Below are positions 37,201-51,200 of a stretch of 64,000 bases of DNA, in pieces (positions within the stretch are counted from its first letter, which is position 1; each line of letters starts with the position of its first letter). The notes beneath the pieces were generated by a model. It did not search any database, was not told the origin of the DNA, and saw only the letters and a list, made by a program, of their open reading frames with translations. The DNA lies in NCBI RefSeq assembly GCF_037042905.1, contig NC_087252.1, forward strand, positions 20,834,001-20,898,000. The letters are read 5' to 3'. The stretch comes from Lytechinus pictus. Taxonomy: Eukaryota. The translations under genes were made by a program, and so were the position numbers.

Positions 37201-37427
37201 AAGATACCTTAACATAGCAGAAGGAATGTAAATTCTAATGCGATCTGGGGCATTTCATCAACAATTTTATCCAACGAGTTGTCAGATCTGACAACTTTCC
37301 TTGCTTTTGACTGGATTAGAAGCAATGTTGTAATGATAACTGGGATAAAATGGGACTTGTCAGATAAATCGTCCGACAGCCCCTTTCATAATTCACTCCT
37401 TTGGGCTATTATGAAAGAATAGCTATA

Positions 37428-38199
37428 CAGTGCGTCCCAGAAAAAAACGAAACCGAGATTTAGCGATGATTTATCATAACTTAATCACAAATAAAATAGA
37501 CAAATGATTATTTCTCCTTAACGCAGGAGTGAGCAAAAACAATTTGAAGAGGGGATACCAAAAAGTCATTTGGCGGGTTGTATCTAGCTTTCAAAAGGAA
37601 ATGCACATTTTTAAAAAGTTCAATATCTGCTCTTTAATTTGATAACTCAATTTCAGAAAATGGTCAAGAAATAACAAAGTTCTGGTTATTTGAAATAAGG
37701 CTTGAATTTCAATAATTTCATAAAATGAAGAGGTTTTACAGGCTAGCGTTCAAACTCACTCGACACTCCGTTTTGTTTACGATCAGCCATGCATTAAGTC
37801 TTTTGTTAACCATGCGATAGCTTCTGTGGGAAACCGGTGAAAACAGTTTATTTAATGAAATTATGGAAATTCAAGCCTTATTTCAAATAACCAGAACTTT
37901 GTTATTTCTTGACCATTTTCTGTAATTGAGGTATCAAATTAAAGAGCAGATATTGAACTTTTAAGACATGTGATTTTCTTTTTGAAATTCATATACCCCC
38001 CGCCAAATGACTTTTTGGTATCCTTCCTTCAAATTGTTTTAGCTCACTCATGCGTGAATGAGGAATAATCTAAGTAATATCAGATGAAAGAGGAGATTCT
38101 AATAGCTTTACATTGGTAGGTAATTTGTCTATTTTATTTTTGATTAAGTTATAATAAATAATCGCTAAATCTCGGTTTCGTTTTTTCTGGGACGCACTA
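37428..38199. mobile_element. Tc1/mariner-type MITE with long TIRs
   Basis: Ends are TA|cagtgcgtcccagaaaaaaacgaaaccgag and ctcggtttcgttttttctgggacgcacta|TA, with inverted arms of ~300 bp. Confidence 0.85.
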
Positions 38200-39251
38200 T
38201 ACATGAAGAAATGTGACTTTCTCCTAGCTCTACTTAAAGGGGAAGTGAACTGTGTGGGTTATATTATTGACTGTGTGTTATAAATACAGTCTTAAAATAT
38301 ACGTTTTATACAAAGAATAAGTTGACCGATAATTGTATATGTATAGAGAAACTAAATTGTTTTGAGAGGAAAAGTAATTGTTTTGCTACTTGGTAACACA
38401 ATTTTAGCGGTATAAATGTATTGGGTAGTTGATTAACATGTTACTATTCAAGTGAGTCTATATTAGTAGACTACACTAGCATTATGGGTCAGGAAAATGG
38501 CCAGATACGAGTAGTTGAGGACTCAAGATGGCGCTATTGGTTCGTATCTGCTTTAACAGTTCCCAATTTGAAACCAGAGTGCATCTTTCAACTGGTAATA
38601 AAGATAGTTGTTACTTCTGGGTCGGTTTCATAAAACTTTTTACAATAACAAATTTATAATACCAGTTATAAGCTACTGAAATCCTTCAATCTGATTGGCT
38701 GTTAGTAAATTTGTTATAGAAATCTTGTGTTTGCAATTGTAACAAATCTTTATGAAACGGGGCCCTGAGGGCATAAAACCAGGATTCATACCTGACTGAT
38801 ATGCATCTGTTTACCTTTGATTATATGTATTCTACTTCTAATTTCACTCATTCTTATCAACTCAATTGGGGTATTTATATTGATTAGTACGTGAAACATA
38901 ATGACTTGTCGTGCAATTAAAGAAAAAAAGTGCATTAATAAATGTAGGTAGAAAACATAATTTGGCAAGTTAGAAAGCAATTAAAAATGTTATAAATACA
39001 ATAATCTTCATCTCATTATATAAGAATTTCAATATATACAAACAAAAGAGTTTAGAATGGAAGGAAACAAAAGGCAAATATATATATATTCATGTAATTA
39101 AAATCAAAATCATATAAACCAACTTTCCCATTATCTTTGACAGAGTATAGTGTCATTTCAATCTACATATCTATATTTCTATATGTATATCAACAATATG
39201 TATCTACAATGGTAAGAATCACAAAGCGGGTCATGATACGTAGGACATTAA

Positions 39252-39655
39252 AGGTAAATGCCAGTTGTGGTAACGATATCAAAATGAGTTTGTACAGAAT
39301 CCAATGGAATGACCACCAAAGTGTCTGTTTGTATAAATAAAACATGTGCCAAAGAATTCTGGAAGAAATTGTGTAATTGCTGAAAAATCAGCAAAAAAAA
39401 TCAGCAAATAAGCACAGGATTCGGGTCAAGCATCGGGCCGACATTCAAGGCAATAATAATACACTGTCCCACGTGCGCTTATCTGTGTTGGTGATCTTCA
39501 GTGTGAACATTTTTCAGCGTAGATTTCAAGATTTCACAAAGTTCAGTTTATGTAACTGTACCAGATCTAGATCCTCGATGATATACTGACAATTAAACCT
39601 GGTTTACAGACTTTCTCATGAAATCAGTGTTTACTGCAACTACTGGCATTTCTCT
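39252..39655. mobile_element. Kolobok-like MITE, family C copy 1
   Basis: TTAA TSD and TIRs aggtaaatgccagttgtgg / gcaactactggcatttctct. An interrupted second copy lies at 58780-59771. Confidence 0.8.
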
Positions 39656-40949
39656 TTAACCACAATGCATCAGGAATTACATTCTAAAAATAAAAGCAAC
39701 ACCCAAACTTTAGCAAAGGATTATGGAAAGTAACGTCCGCTATGCTACTTCACACCGATGAAACCAACTATTAAGTGACCGATGATACGTCATTCGAAGT
39801 AATGTAAACAATTTGTCAGTGTTACTGTTGCATTATCATTGAGCTTGTTAACCATCACTGATTTTGTGCCCCAATCGGGGATTGCATAACTTTTCTGGTG
39901 TTTTATACCTTAGCCAAGAGTTGTTTACTTTTTACAATCAAAATAGAACCAAAAAAAATTACAAAAGGGAAGCTTGCTTTGAACAACTTACAAAATCACA
40001 GGCATTTTCATTCGAAGACGAGTAAACTCTTTCCAAATCTAATTTCTGATTTTTGCATTTTCCCTTTTATAAGTTTTGGAATTGCATACTCTTTTCTTAA
40101 AAGACAAAGGGGAGGGGGTATTTAAATGCCTCTGCCCCATTCCCTCCCCATACCAGACACAAATTGACAGTCCTACATGTTTTCTGAAATATGATTTCTA
40201 ATAATAGGGGTTCAATCGAAAAGTGTTGAAATGGAATCTATCAGGTGTACTGCCAAAAAAAATCATGAATCGTAGTACTTCTAGAACACAATGAAAAATA
40301 AACATGTTAAATTAAACAAACAATAATAAACAACTAATAGTACAAAAGTTGACAAAGAAATTTCAAATGTTAAGAGCAAAAAAAGCGAACATAAAAACTG
40401 TTAACTTGAGCTATGGTTAACAAACTAAATTGTTATAAATAGAAGTAGAAATCCAGAGAATAATTTGGTGGCAGTTCAGATAAAAAAAGGGGACAAAGAA
40501 AGGTGTATATTTTTTATTACACAAAATACTTTTTAGAGACAAATTGGTAGAAATAAAATAGGTTAACAGTTGCCCTTGATTTCCTTTGCATTGGTTTCAA
40601 TGACAAAATTCCTTGAACCTTCACATTTTTTCCTGAAAGTAAATGGAGTAGTAAAATCATGTAAATTAAAGATTTCCACCATGATAGGCATCATTTTTTT
40701 TATACCTTCTAAATCAGTAAGGAATAAAACATCTTTGATAGACCTAAAGGGAATTTTAAAACATTCAATGAAATTGAAACATAATAGTGTAAAGCAGTTA
40801 CATAATACTTACAAAAATTACTTTCCACACTGAAAAACATATTCATGAGTTTTTCTCAATATCAGAATGAAAAAATATTTTTCTTTATACCATCAGTTGT
40901 TCAACTAATAAAACAGTTTAAAGCTTGATATATAAATGTAATAAAACCG

Positions 40950-41365
40950 TTTTTCACCTCCACTTGGTGTTTCCTTTAAAACAACATGTTTTGTTTCAAG
41001 AGTAAGCATGCCTTGAGTCAATATTTGACCCCCTTTTCGCTCTTAACAGATGATTCTATGTCAAAGATAAATATGTTATAAACAATGAAAGTTGTGTATG
41101 AAAGGAAAAAAATGATTTATGAAAGGAGAATTATCAGAATAAAATATCAGATTAAAAAGTATTTATCTTATCAGCTGTACAACTTTTCACCTTTCACCTC
41201 CACTTGCTTTTTGCTAATAACATAATTGTTCCAAGAGTAAGCATGCTGAGTTTATAAAGTTCTACCCTTTTTTTGGATCTTAACAGATGATACTATGTCA
41301 AAGATAAATATGTTATAAACAATGAAAGTTGTGAATGAAAGGAAAAAAAAACTTATTTATGAAAG
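40950..41365. repeat. Local direct duplication (~175-bp unit, ~240-bp spacing)
   Basis: ttcacctccacttg...caagagtaagcatgc...tcttaacagatgat.ctatgtcaaagataaatatgttataaacaatgaaagttgtg occurs twice. Confidence 0.8.
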
Positions 41366-42788
41366 AATTTGTATAAATTGCTCTACGCATGAAAGAACAT
41401 CATCACAACAATATTTTCTAGCCAGAGATTATTAAAAAAAAGAGAGATGAAAGACAGCTTACATGTACCTCTGCAGAGTTGTAAACAAGAACTAAAATAC
41501 ATCTTCTTAAAAACAAGAACAAATATCAGCTTCATATGAAAGATATTTGTTCAGCTTGAAGTAGTTTGTGCAAAAGCTTTACTACCAACATTATTTGAAG
41601 TATATGGAACTCATGATGCACATTATTCTTAGTAAAAATAATTTTTATTTTCCATGTACATTTTATAGATTCCTGTACATGTTCATAGTTGTATAAAAAA
41701 AAGGTAGAGCTCTGCGTCTCTTTAAAATGACAATTTTAACTTTATATGTCAACAGATATGTTCATCTTGAAGAAGTTTTTGCGAAGTTTTATACAACCAA
41801 CATGATTTTAAGTATATGGGATATGCATATGATTTTGAAGATATTCTCATTTTCTCCCATGATCTACAATAGATCAACCTGTTCAGAGTTGTGTTTTTCC
41901 AATGAAAAATATATCTACACACTTTACCTATAAAACCTGTAATAAATCATAATTTGAAACTACAATAATGATTTCAATTTACGAATAGCATGCAAATAAA
42001 CTACGGTATTTAAAGCTTGGTATATAAATAAAATTAAAACAAATATATATATATATATAACATTGATAATCTCAAAGCATGTTTATATAATATACAGTAT
42101 ACATCAACACTTCCTACTACAGAGATTCTTGATAAAAATAGAAAATTGTACAAGATATTTCATTAGTAGTATACACAGCCAATTAAATGTATATACATAG
42201 ATAGGTAAATGTACATTTATATTAAAATTTGACCTCTGTTGGTATAAGCACAAGGCTAACATTAGGCCTAAAAAAAATTGGTATGTTGCCCTCATCCGAC
42301 CGACCGTAAATTGCAAAAAAACAGTCACATGATTTTTGCACGCAAATGCAATGTTCCTGTGAGAAAAAGGTCAGATTTGAATGAAGAATTAGCTCAAATT
42401 TGTATTCAATAGCTTAACAAAGCACTTTATAATGCTTTTTGACATGTTTGATGGCATAAATGAATCATCCCTTGCAAGATTTTCTTTGTGCAGCGCAGCA
42501 AGCAAAATACTTTTTTTTTTTTTAGAAGAAAAAGAAGGCCGACCGACCAGCTGATTTTGGGCTGATGAAGGCAACGTAACAATTTTTTTATGCCTTACAA
42601 TAATAAACATCATCCGTTTGGAACAAGATGGGTTGTCCGCTTTATAGAGATTCCGAGGCCATGAAATGTTTTTGAAAATGGTGTGTGCAAGCACTTGCTT
42701 CCTAAAAGCACCTAGGCTGTTTCAAGGTTGTTATTAGTATAAAGGTACTTCTACTGCATTTAGGATGCTCTTCAGAAAGTGACCTCTG

Positions 42789-42975
42789 GGGACCGTTTCA
42801 TAAAGCTGTTTGAAAGTTAAGAGTGACTTTGAGAAGAACGACTGGTGATCCTTTCTTGTGGTAAATGATAATCACCATTAAATGTTCATTGGTGATTATC
42901 AAGTGTGTAAGAAAGGGTCACCAGTCGTTCTTAAAGTTGCTCTTAACTTAAGAACAGCTTCATGAAACACCCACC
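42789..42975. mobile_element. Short Harbinger-type MITE
   Basis: TIRs gtttcataaagctgtt / aacagcttcatgaaac. Same family at 47999-48181 and ~52430-52598. Confidence 0.7.
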
Positions 42976-45217
42976 AGGGAAAAGTTGGCTCTCATTAGGG
43001 TTTGGCCATTCAAAGACAACATGGCAGAAATCTTCCATTTCAATTCCAAAAAGATGAGATTTTTACTTTGGTAGACATGATAATAGACTGGTATGTATCA
43101 TTTATATAGAATGATGACCCTTGGTTGTACAGAATATGGTAAACTGCTTCAATAACGTAGAACATCATTCAGAAATGATAGGATAAAGTAGTTTCGTTAT
43201 TACTCATTATAATCTACAGAGCATACATAAGTCATGAAAATTTGCTAGCACCCAACAAAGCAATGAATCTTTGACAATTGAAAAAGCGTAAAAATCAGTC
43301 CTACGATCGAGTGTTAACAGGGAAGTTCACTCCAACGAAAAACATTACCAGAAAAAAGTATTGGTGAAGGTTTGAGGAAAATCCATCAAAAATGAAGAGA
43401 GATATTAGAATTTTCAGTTTTTTATATGTGACGTCATGTACGAGCAGCTGCCCCATTGGGCATGTAATATAAAATGCATAAATTTCAACTTTTTAATGGT
43501 TTATGATGACTAAAGATTTGTTTCTTTCAGGAGCAGATGTTAAATAATATGTCTGTTGATAAGCTCTTAATTAAAGCTCTGTGTTTAAAATAGGGCCTTG
43601 TTTTCTACAGAAGTTAGATATGTATTATTTGCCTTTAAAATGAAAATTTGTTAATAAACAACTGTTTTGTATAACACTGTTCACATCAACTTTATTCCAA
43701 TGTCATATCATATTCTTATGAGTTGTCTTTAGAGCTGTAAATATATACATGTATGAATTACTAGTAGCACACGGAAATAATGAATGCTATGTATACCTTT
43801 CTGTATGTATCAAATGGCCTAGGAGGGCGACATTCCCCAAGATATTTCAGGGGGAATCTTTCTGAATTGTAATTCACTTATTACCTATTTTATTATATTT
43901 CGATATGGTCTTTCACATACATGTTATACTGTGTTTCTAAGATGTCATAAGGTATTTATTATCATCCCCCTTCCTTCTATCAAACACTAAATATGGATAC
44001 TATCATATACAAAATTGCTTACTTTAATTTTGGATTTTAGATCAACGGCCATTCTCTACAAGCAATTTGCTTTTATTATGGTCCTAGCCATATTTTGTAT
44101 TATCTATTGCATATGTACACTGTATGATTAGTATATTGATACTTTTATGGTTGAATAAAATGAAATTGAAATTGAAATGCTCACTTCTTTACTTTTTATA
44201 AATTTAATATTTATTTGAAATATCTTGATTTTATCAAAGTTTTACAAAATACTAGGTATGAAACTATCAAAAGTGTAAGAAAGCATTGTCATGGTTATTG
44301 CCTTTAATATATCAAGAATTTTATCAATGCATTTATTATCAAATGAGAGGCATACAGTCCCATAGACCCTCTAGGGGGCATTTTATCACTTTTCCCTTTA
44401 TAATGTAGGTTTTGATTGGCTGAGAAAATAGATGTCTGACTGTTACTATGGTAACTGTCAGATAATGACACCTTTTTACAGGTGACAAAGTTCATGACAT
44501 AGTCCCCTGATACAGACCTATATCTTGGTGGGATGATAATTGCTGCCATGGAAAAAAGATGTGGTCATACACATCTACTTCTTCAAGGAAACTAGATGGA
44601 ACCATAGAAAGAAATCAATGGTAAAATTCCTTTCAGCCTCCCCCTCTTACAACAATAACACTACAAAATTTAATACTCGGCCTATATTCACTAAACAGGG
44701 AGTAATTTTAGTGGTATCGCATCGCAATTTGCTCCACATTTTTGAAAGACTGCTTTGCATTAAGTCTTTTGTATAGCATATTTTTACATAGGACTGTACA
44801 TTACTTAGTTGAGAGCTTTTCACTGATGACTAAAAATGCTATTCAAATTTGTAAAGCAAAGTTATTCCTTGCTAAACCTCAGCTCAATTTCATAAAACTT
44901 GTTATCGATTATTTTTTACAAACTACTGTTATAAACTGCTGAAATCACTACATTAAGATTGGCTGATCATAATAGTATTTGTTATTAATAATAATAACAA
45001 GTTTTGGTTGATAGCAAATTTTTCATAGAAATTAAGTATTTGTTTTTTGATCACAAGTTTCATGAAACAGAGTCAAAATCTGCGCAGGTCAACTTCACAA
45101 GATGAAGTAAACTTCATCAGTATTGGTTCTGCCCTTAACAGAAGAAATTTTCTGGTTCTCATAATAGATCATTCAAGCGGAAGATTGAAGTCCCGAATTC
45201 CTCTAGGTGTAATATGC

Positions 45218-48200
45218 TTATATCCTTGTCTCTTTTACTGGTAGACTTTCGATCATATGATTGTTATTTGTGTTCTTAGCTTTCACAGTCACAAGATTCG
45301 GCCTCACCCGTTCTTCTTTGGAAAGGTGCCGAGTCGGGGGGACCGGTTTCGATTTCTTCCGTGACGATTCCCCCTTGCTCACCGAGTCGTCTCCTTTAGC
45401 ACCGCTGCCTTCCACCGGTTTGACCGCCTCGTAGCTATGCTGCGGCTGATGATGCCATACGTCGTTCTTTCGCTCATCCTCGTCCCCTTTGCTCTTTCGG
45501 TGTCGCGACTTCTTCTTCTTTGCGTTCTCCTCAACCGCCTGGTACGTGTGTTCCCTGCGCACCCAAAGATCGGGGTTCGGCCTATGCTCACTAATATGTA
45601 CCATCCCCTCGTCGACCGGTGACCTACTGGGAGACGGGAGGTCATCATCATCAATCGACTGATAGTTATTCTCCGCGATTAAAGAGTCATTCACGTAATT
45701 CCTGACGTCACTATTCGGCAGGGGCGCATCATCCACGTCGGCATAAATGTCTGAATAGCTATTCATAGCGTGATTGTTCGGCGACGGCGTAGCACCAGTT
45801 GAAATATTCCTCGGGACACCATGGTTAGGGGATCGGTGCGACTGCATGACGGCAATCGTCTTACGACCCTTCTCTACTTTCGCGTAGAGAGCGCCGAAAT
45901 CTTCCCCCTCGGCCGCGTCACTGTTATTTCTCTTGTGATTGTTATTATTGACGTGGTGTGTCTCCGGCTTCCCTTGTTTGTTGGATGTCTTATCCACTTT
46001 GGCGTAAAGCTGATCAAAGTCTTTCTGCTCTCCCTTCATCTCTTCGTGATTGCCATTGCTGTTTGAGCTGGCCTCTAGAGGGGGCTTCTCGGTCTGTGTC
46101 TTCTCAACGACTGCATACGGCTCAGGGTCATCATCGTAATTGGAAGCACCTAGACAAAAGATGTAATAACAAGTTAAAATGTCGCAACTATTACTTCGTA
46201 ATAAGAAAATTCCAATAACCTAAGTATAATGTCAATATTTAAAGCAAGTGAATTTTTTCAGTGTAAAAATCTCTGAAAAGAGTCTCTTAGTTACTTCAAA
46301 ACAAGAATAAAATTGAGATAAATGTTCAATTAAATCAAGCAATATGCATCATTGTGTAGTACAATGTAGGAGGAAAAAAAGGAAATGGCTTGTTTAACAT
46401 TAACAAGTTTATGATGATTATTTGTTTTGTGTATCATTATACATGAAAGTGCTTTTTCCCTCTCCAAATTAAACAATGTCTAAAAACATTTCTTGTTTTA
46501 TTGAATGAATGCTAGCATTTAGTCTCAGTTGAAAACAAATTATAACCAAATCCTGTATCCTACATCATCTACAAAGTAAAAATTTGACTGAAGATAACAG
46601 AAAGTACTTTAAATCAAACACATCTCTTACCAGGTGGGCGGGGCCTGTTGTCCTCGGTGATTTCTTCATAGACACGCCCCCTTCCCATGCCAGGGAATGT
46701 CTGGATGGTTTTAATGAAGGAAAGAAAGAGGGTGTGAAGACAACGACAGAAATGGTTGCCAAGATGATTCAGGGTTAGTCAGAGTGGAAAATACTGGTGG
46801 ATAATACCGCCTTGCTAACATTTGAGGGAATTGGGAAATAGTTGGGAAATACTATGAAATATACTTCTTGAATATTTCCAGGTACTGTCAATGTGTATTT
46901 GAAGCCTATTTTAGCATTTCCCTGTACCGACCGGTACATCTTTAGTACTTCTCAGCATTTACAAATATTTCCCAGTATTTCCCACCTAGGCAGGAAATAC
47001 CTATCAAATTTTCCTGGAAAACTGCTAACCCTGTTTCATATGATTGCTTATCAATGATTTCAGATCTTCTGGGCCCTGCCTTACAAAGAGTTATGATTGA
47101 TCCAATCAATCTCAACTGTACGGAAATCCATCCATATCATAATTTCATATCATACTTTCCCTCCTCGCCCCCCCCCCTTCCACTTATACATTCAGATGGT
47201 ATTGTTGAATATACATGAAATTTGCAATTGTTTTCCGGGTTTGCCACAAAGTCAAGCTAAGCTTATAGTGGAAACCTCTGCAACCTTTTTAAATCTTTGT
47301 TATAGAAAATACAACCTTGTTCACATTTTTCATTATTGTTCAATATTTTGTTATGAAGGCTAATATGTATTTTCTTTGCTACTTTGTATAATCTATGAAA
47401 AGTTGCAGAAACAATAAATGAAAAGAATGAAATAATTTTTTCTAACAAGAAATTTGCAAATCTCCTTAATAGTAAACAAAGAGAATCACACTGAATCTTC
47501 AAGAGAACGATGAATGTATGAATACACATCACATCTAGAAAATATTTTGAACAAATTATCATGTTAGATGTTGACGTTGCTGGCCATCCATAGTTGTGGT
47601 GGATCGGATCAATCGCAACTCTTTGTAAGATATGGCCCAGGTGAATTTGAAAAGCCCATGTCAGAAATTGTAAAACCCACTAATATCTTCATGATTTGGG
47701 TAAGATTTAAATCGAACCATTTCTACATCTATGATTTTCCAGATGTCAGCAAGAAAACATCATAGGACTATTCAACCATTACACTATACCTGCCATTCAG
47801 TGAACAAAATCCCTATGTTGCCAATAAAGGGCAGACTTATGAAATCATTTTTGGCATGAAATTTATGAATGAATGTAAATTTATCAGATGTTTTCTCACA
47901 TTCCCTGATACCAGTCAGTTTTACTAAATGGGCCTGAAATGATGCCAGAACATTTTAATCCCCATTAATGGTGTATAATACAAATCCTGAAAAGCCTGGT
48001 GGGTGTTTCATAAAGCTGTTCGTAAGTGAAGAGCAACTTTAAGAACGACTGGTGAACCTTTCTTCAGCGCTAAATAATCACCAATGAACATATAATGGAC
48101 AACATCATTTACCACATGAAAGGATCACCAGTCGTTCTTAAAGTCACTCTTAACTTACGAACAGCTTTATGAAACACCCACCTGAAATGGGGGGTTTTCT

Positions 48201-51200
48201 GGGACTAATATCAGTCAAAAACCTGATGACTGGCATCTTTCACATGGATTGGTCGATAAAAAAAAAAAAAATCAAAAACTATCAAAAAGGGATTTAAAAA
48301 AAGGGATCAAGATAAGATATTATCAGATAAGATATTTATTCACCTTTCCTTCTATACATACAACATTATAAATATTGATTTAAATGTTATATTTTGTAAG
48401 TTTGTATATTGAACTATCATTGTAAATATAAAAAGATTAAAAGAGGAAATAAATGAATTGAAATTGAATTGAAGAAGGTGATTTCACATTCTGGCAATAA
48501 AGATCAAATCAAAACTATTAAAGGGGAATGGAACCTTTGGAATAAATAAGCTTGTGTCGAAAACAGAAAAATCAAAGAAACAGATCAACAAAAGTTTGAG
48601 AAAAATCGGACAAACAATAAGAAAGTTATGAGCATTTGAATATTTCAATCACTAATGCTATGGAGATCCTCCCATTGGCAATGCGACAAGGATTTGTGAT
48701 GTCACAGGTGAACAACTTTCCCTTTGATGGACTCTGGAATACCCCCTAAATGTCTCTTTTTTGCTTTTTCTTATGGTGATACAAACTCTTTATCCATGAT
48801 TTATTCTTTAAAAATTTGTATTACATGCCCTCCTATAGAAAGAACACATGATCTACTGATGGATGTGATGAAAGAGGCAATTTAAGTGAAATATATACTA
48901 AAGTAATGGGGAGAGTTGTTCACAAGTGACATCACACATCTTGGTCGCATTGCCAATATGAGGACCTCCATAGCATCAGTGATAGCAATATTCAAATGCT
49001 CATAACCTTCTCATTATTTGTCCGATTTTTCTCAAACTTTCGTTGATCCGTTTCTTTGATTTTTCTGTTATCACACAAGCTATCTTGTTCTAAAGGTTTC
49101 ATTCTCCTTTAAACTGTCTAAAAGAGATCAAGTTCATACCTGTCTTCCTCTTGGAAGGGGCGGAGGAGAGGTACTGTTCTGCCCCCTTACGCTATTATCA
49201 TCCACCTGTTCGTAGATGCCATCGAAGTCCTGCTCCCCTGGGCCACCGGGCGGGGCAGCCACGCCCGCAGCCGCCACAGCCCTCAGGGCCTCCTCAGTGA
49301 GTTGGGTGTGGTCCTGCTGTTGCCTTGCACGAATGCTCTCCAGGCTTTCTCGAGCACTGACCTAGCATCGCAACAAACAAGGGTTAGGTTAGGGGATGAG
49401 AAATACTTAGAAGAGACAATTAAGTGACCGCTTTTACTACATGTTTATCACTTATTATCTGTTGATAAGCTGTACTTTTTCTAATGTAAACTAATAATGT
49501 GTATGCTGCTTTTTTATTTTTATTTTTTTCTTCTTAATTTTATTTTCAAATTACCGGTACTTGTATTGTTTATATGTGATTGTTACACAAAATCATGAAA
49601 ACCCTATAAAAATAAATTAAAATTAAAAATTAAAAAAAGGATTAAGAAGTCTTGAAACACTACACCCATATATTAATAGGTAACATTAATATTTCAATCA
49701 GAGAAAGTTGAAATTTTCAATATAATGAATATTCACATGGCTTTCCTGAGCACTAACCTAATGTAGAAACAAATAGGAAATGATTGACTGAATCAAAAAT
49801 CATTCATGACTCAACACAAAAGAGTAAACATCAATGTTTAATCCCTGATGTTTGGAAATTGAAGTATGTGGAATTTTTTCAGGTATTAGATAATGGTCTA
49901 GAAAAAATTCAAATGTGAAATCATTAATAGTCTTAAAAATTTTCATTCAACACAACAAAATGTAACAACAATATTTAAAAGCAAAGAAAGTGGCACTGTT
50001 CCAAGCAAATGCATAATGACCAAGCAAACCAAAGAATACACAATAGTTAGGGTATCAATACATCTACTAAACAAACAAAAAAATAATAATACATTTAATA
50101 AACATAAGTAAGGCAAATTTATTTCACTGCTCACATGAGCCTAGGGTAAGGAAAGTTGTCGACCAAGTCTGAAATGCCCTAAATTTCTCCATGTCTCAAC
50201 TATGAATAGTATTGCATTTACAATAAAGAAATATTTGAGAGAATTTCTGAGAAATGATTCTTGAACACTGCACAAATAATATTAAATTTGATAAAAATTC
50301 CTCATATACTACAAAAGAAAATCTTTTCAGCAGTGTAGTAATCCAGTCCAAGTCCAGACTTGAGTCCTACAAAAAAGTTTTTTTGTCTTACTTGGGTGTA
50401 TGGAGGTTCTTTCCGGCCTGGTCCAGCAGCACCAGGAGGACTATTATCAGGACCAGGTCCAGGTCCATCGGGTCCACCCGGACCGCCAGGACCACCTCCA
50501 GGATTAGGGCTCCCTCCTCCATCTCCCCTCCCTGATATGGGACTGCTTGGCGAGGACATAGACCCCGCCCTATAAGAAAAAGAATGTACATGTATGATAT
50601 CATAATTCCTAGAATACAGAGTGGGAAGGTCGTCATTCCATTCTCAATGAAATTATTACCATTGTAATTGCCGCCTTGTAAGGTATATAGAATATCAAGC
50701 AAAAGCTTCGCTAATGGAGTTGTAGCAAACAATGATTTCATGAAAAAGTTTTAAAAATCAAGGATAATGTTCACCATATCATCATAGACCTACATGTACA
50801 TATAAACCTTGTACAGACACACAAATTTGTGAAATGTACAACCCTTAAAACTGATCACACTTGCCAACACAGATATCAATAATAACAGTCTTTCCAATTC
50901 CTTCCATCAAACCTATCCCTCCTACCAGATATATTACCAAACTGAACATTCCTACTAATTGGAAGCTCTGCCATGTTATACCAGTGATGAAAGGTGTATG
51001 GATTCTACCCCTCCTACCATACCCTTTACCCCCAACAAGCCACGCCCTCCGTACCTCTGTGATACCGGTGACGACGGGTTCTCAGGCGACTCCAGATCAT
51101 GGGGTTTATGGGGCACCGGTGGTACCTCCTCATCGTCTGGATCTGCGCCCCCTGCAGCACCCTCTGTGTTGGTGCTGGGTTTGACATGGACGTCCTTCAC

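Noticed and set aside
45379..46218. Overlapping alternative-frame and antisense ORFs in the adaptor's last exon
   Set aside because: These are expected shadows of a GC-rich coding exon with no independent support.
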